From NCBI GenBank assembly GCA_947289115.1, contig CAMYPG010000005.1, positions 2,038 through 66,037 of the forward strand: a stretch of 64,000 nt of DNA. Direction: 5' to 3'. The DNA is from an uncultured Gardnerella sp. Its GTDB lineage: Bacteria; Actinomycetota; Actinomycetes; Actinomycetales; Bifidobacteriaceae. A program made the translations under genes and the position numbers. The notes under the pieces were generated by a model that was not told the origin of the DNA, made no database searches, and saw only the letters and a program-made list of their open reading frames with translations. This document shows positions 59,049-64,000 of the stretch, one piece after another (the stretch's first letter is position 1; each line of letters starts with the position of its first letter).

Positions 59049-59717
59049 ATGAGTGATATACAAGATCAAAATAATCTTGAACACAATGATGATTCGCGTA
59101 GTAATTCTCATGACGATTCTCATGAAATTTATGAGCCTTTGACATCTATTTATGAGCGTTTACGCCACTCCAGTAACTCTAAAGAGCTTCACGAATTTGC
59201 TGTAAAAGAACTCCCAGATAGAGCAGATCAAGCAGAATTTTCTAGGGCTACGGCATTACTAGAAGCTGTAGCAGGCAACATAAATACTCCAGAAGAAGAT
59301 CGTATTCATCTAGCAACAGTGATGCCATTCCCTAATATTTTGGTTAAACTTTCACAGGATAAATCTGATAACGTTCGTTTAGCTGTTGCTAAAAATCGTA
59401 ATGCTAAAAATTGGCTAGTAGGAAGACTTACTAAAGATTCTTGCGGAGAAGTTAGAGATGCTGCATTGTGCAATCCACAGACATCATGGAAAATGCGTCT
59501 CGAGGGTGCTCAAACCGAAGGCGTTGGGGCAAAAACATTAGATTACTTAGCCTCACTTGGTGTAGATGAAGAAAGTAAGGATTCGCCAGTACTTTCCGCA
59601 ATGGTAAGAAGAGCAGTGGCGCTTAATCCTGGTGTGTCGCAGTCAACATTGATGGCTTTGTCAAAAGACAAAGACCCAGATGTTTCCTCTGCCGCATTAG
59701 AAGTTTTAAATAAATAA
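59049..59717 (+). CDS. Hypothetical protein with LRV/HEAT-like repeats
   Basis: Repeated AVAxNP-like units (AVAGNINT, AVAKNRN, AALCNPQT, AVALNPG). Confidence 0.7.
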   Translation: MSDIQDQNNLEHNDDSRSNSHDDSHEIYEPLTSIYERLRHSSNSKELHEFAVKELPDRADQAEFSRATALLEAVAGNINTPEEDRIHLATVMPFPNILVKLSQDKSDNVRLAVAKNRNAKNWLVGRLTKDSCGEVRDAALCNPQTSWKMRLEGAQTEGVGAKTLDYLASLGVDEESKDSPVLSAMVRRAVALNPGVSQSTLMALSKDKDPDVSSAALEVLNK

Positions 59718-59817
59718 AGTTTTAAATAAATAAAAAAATTTAGATAAGTCTTGAGTGTAAAATTAAATTAAACAATAATTACATACGTTTGCATAAAAAA
59801 CTCACATATATACTACG

Positions 59818-61995
59818 ATGGAAACTATGAACAATACAAATGAAGAAAGTACTCAGCAGACAAGCCCATTAAGGCGTTTGGCTGAGTTAATGGGAGTACG
59901 CTCCAAATTCGTTGGATCGGATGGAATAGAACATCAGATTGCTGATAACGTGCTTGTAAAAGTATTGCGCTCGCTGTGCGTAGATGCAAGCACCGATAAA
60001 GCGATTGAAGAATCAATGCAGAAGATTCTTTTGGAACGTCATACACGTTTAATTGCTCCAACGGTGTTGCATACGGTTGGTAAAGAAGACACCGTTATAA
60101 TCAACACAGGTATTTTGGAGTATCCTACAGCAACTTTGATATTGGAAGATGGAGAACAGTACCAAGGTGACTTGCAGATTTCTCCATGCAAAGATGATGT
60201 TGCGTTCCCTGTTAATGGTACTTTTGTGGCAAGCTCTTTGTTGACGATTCCAGCAGACGTGCCTATGGGGTATCACACTCTACGAATAAGCGTCGCGGAT
60301 CGAGTAGAAGAGGCGTCACTTATTAGTGCTCCAGAAAGCATTGATACTCTAGAAAAGCTTGAAAAAGATGGAAAGCAGATTTGGGGATGGATGGCTCAGC
60401 TTTATTCCATTCGTTCTTCTAAGTCTTGGGGTGTTGGCGATTACGCAGATTTAGCTGATCTTCTTGTGCAATCAAAGAAAAAAACAGGTGCAGATTTTGT
60501 GCTTGTAAACCCATTGCATGCAGGTGAACCAGTTGCTCCATTAACACCATCTCCTTATTTGCCAGTTGCAAGAGGAATGGTTAATGTAACCTATATTCGC
60601 CCAGAAATCATTCCAGAATACGATTCGCTTAATGATAAGGATCGTAAGACTGTTGACGATCTTCATAACGAAGTAGAGCCTCTTAATAATGATGCTCAAA
60701 TTGTTGATCGTGACTCCATGTGGCGAGTAAAAATGCATGCTTTGTGGATTATTTTTAAATCTGGGCTTTCTGCTGAACGCTCCGAAGAATTTGAAGCATT
60801 TAAGCAGGACATGGGTGAGCGTCTTGAATCTTATGCAACTTGGTGTCTTTGCTACGATAAGTGGGGTGCTCCTAAGGGAGAAGACTGCTGGGAGAAGCAT
60901 CTTACTAAAGATTCCGATGAAATTAGCTCTTTATGTAAACAATTCCCAGATACTCTAGAGTTTTATCGTTGGCTTGAGTGGATTGCGTTTATGCAATTGC
61001 ATGATGCTCAAGTTGCAGCTAAAAATGCGGGTATGCGCATTGGCATTATGTCGGATATGGCTGTTGGCGTGCACCCATCAGGATCCGAGGTTTGGTGGAA
61101 TCCAGAGCGATTTGCCAATGGTGCTTGCGTAGGTGCGCCTCCTGATTACTTCAATCAGCAGGGTCAAAACTGGTCTCAGCCTCCGCTTAATCCATTCGAG
61201 CTTGAGCGCACTGGATTTAAAGTGTACAAAGATATGGTTCACGGAATGTTTGCGTCTGCTGGCGCTGTGCGAATTGACCATATTCTTGGGCTTTTCCGCT
61301 TATGGTGGATTCCAGAAGGATCTACTCCAGGTGACGGAGCTTACGTTTACTACGATGCAGATGTTATGCTTGGCATTCTTGCGATTGAAGCCACGCGCGC
61401 AAATGGTGTTGTAGTTGGAGAAGACCTTGGTGTTGTGCCAGCTGAAACTTTGGAAGTTTTGGCTAAGAATAAGGTTCTTGGATGCACAGTTGAGTGGTTT
61501 GAACAAGGGGACGGCGAATTCCGCGAGCCTAAGAAGTGGCGCGAAATGACACTTGCTTCTGTAAACACTCACGATTTGCCACCTGCTGCAGGCTACTTAA
61601 ACTACGAGCACGTTAATATTCGCGAGCGTTTGAATCTTCTTTCGGGATCCGTAGAAGAATTCCGCGCTGGTGCTGTTAAAGAGCATAATGCGATGCTGAA
61701 AATGCTTGTTTCTGGAGGTTTCTTAGACAAGAAGGCTCTAGAAAATGAATCTGAGCATGAGCAAGAGATTGTAGAAGCATTATATCGAGCACTTAAAGCT
61801 GCTCCTTCCAAGCTGCTTGCTGCATCCATTGTTGATGCAACGGGTGAGCATCGTGCTCAGAATCAGCCTGGCACCAATGATGAATATCCAAATTGGCGTA
61901 TTCCTTTGGCTGATGCTAATTGTAATCCTGTTCTTTTAGACAACTTATTTGACTTGCCTAGAGTTAAGTCTTTAGCGCAAATCATGAATAAGTAG
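59818..61995 (+). CDS. malQ: 4-alpha-glucanotransferase (GH77)
   Basis: SPY, DMAVG, GAPPDYF, RIDH, GEDLG, THD and NQPGT motifs; start may be 59827. Confidence 0.96.
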   Translation: METMNNTNEESTQQTSPLRRLAELMGVRSKFVGSDGIEHQIADNVLVKVLRSLCVDASTDKAIEESMQKILLERHTRLIAPTVLHTVGKEDTVIINTGILEYPTATLILEDGEQYQGDLQISPCKDDVAFPVNGTFVASSLLTIPADVPMGYHTLRISVADRVEEASLISAPESIDTLEKLEKDGKQIWGWMAQLYSIRSSKSWGVGDYADLADLLVQSKKKTGADFVLVNPLHAGEPVAPLTPSPYLPVARGMVNVTYIRPEIIPEYDSLNDKDRKTVDDLHNEVEPLNNDAQIVDRDSMWRVKMHALWIIFKSGLSAERSEEFEAFKQDMGERLESYATWCLCYDKWGAPKGEDCWEKHLTKDSDEISSLCKQFPDTLEFYRWLEWIAFMQLHDAQVAAKNAGMRIGIMSDMAVGVHPSGSEVWWNPERFANGACVGAPPDYFNQQGQNWSQPPLNPFELERTGFKVYKDMVHGMFASAGAVRIDHILGLFRLWWIPEGSTPGDGAYVYYDADVMLGILAIEATRANGVVVGEDLGVVPAETLEVLAKNKVLGCTVEWFEQGDGEFREPKKWREMTLASVNTHDLPPAAGYLNYEHVNIRERLNLLSGSVEEFRAGAVKEHNAMLKMLVSGGFLDKKALENESEHEQEIVEALYRALKAAPSKLLAASIVDATGEHRAQNQPGTNDEYPNWRIPLADANCNPVLLDNLFDLPRVKSLAQIMNK

Positions 61996-62260
61996 TTCTA
62001 GATGCGTGATTAATTGCGGGCTGCAGCGTTTGTTGATATTCGTGAGCGTTGCAGTCCGCATTGTATGTAAAATAGAAACTTGCAAATAGTCGTCATATGG
62101 CGATATACTTGCAGATTGTTGTGTTTCCCTAAGGGGTCCTTCAAAGCGCTTTTCCCACTCGCCATCGAGGACTTTCAGGGAGCCCACGGATTATGAGTAA
62201 AATATTTTCTATAAACCAAGAAGATATACGCTCGAAACACAATAGAGAAAAGGTACGATT

Positions 62261-62710
62261 GTGAAGACTTTCACACCGAAACCAGCAGATTTAACTCATG
62301 ACTGGTATATTATCGACGCCACTGATGTGGTGCTTGGTCGTTTGGCTTCCCAGGTAGCCATTTTGCTGCGTGGTAAGAATAAGCCAACATTTGCTCCTCA
62401 TGCTGATTCTGGCAATCACGTCATTATCATTAATGCAGATAAGATTGCTTTAACTGGCAATAAGTTGAGCAAGGAATTGTATTCTCACTCTGGTCGTCCA
62501 GGTGGACTTCGTCGCGACAGCTATGCTGAGCTTTTGGAGAAGAATCCAAAGCGCATCATCGTTTCCGCTGTGAGGGGAATGCTTCCAAAGAATCGTCTTG
62601 CTAAGGTTCAGCTTGATCGCCTTCGTGTGTTCACTGGTGCTGAGCATCCTCATATTTCACAAAAACCACAGGTCTTCGAGATCTCTCAGGTCTCTCAGCA
62701 GGCTAAGTGA
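62261..62710 (+). CDS. rplM: 50S ribosomal protein L13
   Basis: MKTFTPK, LGRLAS, RGKNKP and GMLPKN motifs. Confidence 0.98.
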   Translation: MKTFTPKPADLTHDWYIIDATDVVLGRLASQVAILLRGKNKPTFAPHADSGNHVIIINADKIALTGNKLSKELYSHSGRPGGLRRDSYAELLEKNPKRIIVSAVRGMLPKNRLAKVQLDRLRVFTGAEHPHISQKPQVFEISQVSQQAK

Positions 62711-62730
62711 ATCGTAAGGAGAATATGATT

Positions 62731-63219
62731 ATGGTAGATAACAACAACTCCGCGGTTCTTGAGAATGAAGAAGAACTGACTAGCTATACAACTGAGACAA
62801 ACGCTGGTGCAGGCACTGGTACTTCTGCTGTTGCTCCAGGCTATGGCACTGGTCGTCGTAAGGAAGCCGTTGCTCGCGTTCGTTTGATTCCAGGTACTGG
62901 CAAGTGGACTATTAATGGTCGCGCTCTTGAGGAATACTTCCCATCTCGCTTATTGCAGCGTGAAGTTAATTCCCCATTTGTGCTTTTGAAGCTTGAAGGT
63001 AAGTTCGACGTTGTCGTCTTGGTAGATGGTGGCGGTACCACTGGTCAGGCAGGTGCAATCCGTTTGGGTGTTGCTCGTGCTTTGAATGCTATTGACCGTG
63101 ATGCAAACCGTGCTTCCTTGAAGAAGGCTGGCTTCTTGACTCGCGACGCTCGCGTTGTGGAGCGCAAGAAGGCTGGTTTGCACAAGGCACGTCGTGCACC
63201 TCAGTTCTCAAAGCGTTAA
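62731..63219 (+). CDS. rpsI: 30S ribosomal protein S9
   Basis: [22 protein letters not shown] and C-terminal PQFSKR. Confidence 0.98.
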   Translation: MVDNNNSAVLENEEELTSYTTETNAGAGTGTSAVAPGYGTGRRKEAVARVRLIPGTGKWTINGRALEEYFPSRLLQREVNSPFVLLKLEGKFDVVVLVDGGGTTGQAGAIRLGVARALNAIDRDANRASLKKAGFLTRDARVVERKKAGLHKARRAPQFSKR

Positions 63220-63242
63220 GCTGCGAAGAATTTATATTTTCA

Positions 63243-63274
63243 ATGGCTTCTGGCTTTTGCTGGAAGCCATTTTT
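63243..63274 (+). terminator. Terminator after rpsI
   Basis: ATGGCTTC...GAAGCCATTTTT. Confidence 0.8.
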
Positions 63275-63474
63275 GTATCTAATGCGGTTGAATGTTCTAA
63301 ATGTTATTAATCGTTTATAAGTAATCATTAAATCTAACATTCTAGAAAATTTAGAGGATAATCGCACATAAATAGTCACAAATAATAACAAATAACGAAC
63401 ATTAGAGGATAAACCTCGCTCATAAATAGCGCAACTCGCTGCAAATCCAAAATAGTACAGTAAATCAAGTAGAT

Positions 63475-63490
63475 TGTGAACTGTATCACA
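63475..63490. promoter_or_regulatory. TGTGA-N6-TCACA palindromic site upstream of adhE
   Basis: TGTGA-ACTGTA-TCACA. Confidence 0.6.
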
Positions 63491-63591
63491 TTGTTAGACA
63501 TTTAAGATGTGTTTATAAAGAAGATTCTTCATGTAAATGTCTGCATATGAAATGTAAATATAAAAATATATGAATGATCGAGGAGGACCAA

Positions 63592-64000
63592 ATGGCGCAG
63601 GCGCAAGAAAAGGCGCAAGAAACAGTGCTTGATGAAAAAGAGCAAGCCGCATTAGCAGCCAAACGAGAAGTAGATGAATTAGCTAAAAAAGCAAAGGTTG
63701 CTTTAGAAGAGTTTGAAAAATTAAATCAGGAGCAAGTAGACAGAATCGTAGCAAAAGCGTCTATTGCAGCGTTAAACAAGCATTTAGTCTTAGCAAAAAT
63801 GGCTGTTGAAGAAACAGGTCGTGGATTAGTTGAAGATAAAGCCACAAAAAACATTTTTGCATGCGAACATATTACTCATTATCTTGCAGGTCAGCGCACA
63901 GTAGGAATTATTCGAGAAGATGACGTTCTTGGAATCGATGAAATCGCTGAGCCAGTAGGCATAGTAGCAGGCGTGACTCCAGTTACAAACCCAACATCTA
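63592..64000 (+). CDS. adhE: Bifunctional aldehyde-alcohol dehydrogenase AdhE (5' part)
   Basis: Absent from the ORF track. GGAGGA RBS; translates to ...QEQVDRIV...AVEETGRGLVEDKATKN...EPVGIVAGVTPVTNPTS. Confidence 0.93.
   Translation, partial: MAQAQEKAQETVLDEKEQAALAAKREVDELAKKAKVALEEFEKLNQEQVDRIVAKASIAALNKHLVLAKMAVEETGRGLVEDKATKNIFACEHITHYLAGQRTVGIIREDDVLGIDEIAEPVGIVAGVTPVTNPTS

Overview
Chromosomal window from a low-GC member of the Bifidobacteriaceae, most likely Gardnerella; this is inferred from bifidobacterial-type proteins and gene order in AT-rich DNA. Most of it is housekeeping: nrdHIEF, the oxidative pentose-phosphate genes, ppa, glnR, nth, valS, argS, gltX, groES, murB, dinB, malQ, rplM-rpsI, the start of adhE and six tRNAs. 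The ORF track misses nrdF, fmdB and adhE. Main points: (1) Hand translation of nrdF shows the three metal-binding glutamates replaced by Gln, Ser and Lys, the signature of a metal-free class Ie ribonucleotide reductase. (2) An AT-rich restriction-modification cassette carries an HTH regulator, an M.HaeIII-like methyltransferase and a convergent PD-(D/E)XK nuclease, flanked by gene debris. (3) A GC-rich LacI/alpha-glucosidase/MFS segment sits behind tRNA-Ser between IS1249-like ends, and its repressor is broken twice. (4) An FHA protein is linked to a DUF4011/SF1-helicase/Vsr-like protein whose ATPase motifs look dead. (5) There is also a MIF-like protein, a ligand-less CsoR homolog, a repeat-rich surface protein and a window-wide leaderless-mRNA signature. 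No CRISPR array, rRNA or prophage structural genes were seen. All family assignments come from motif recognition, not database searches.
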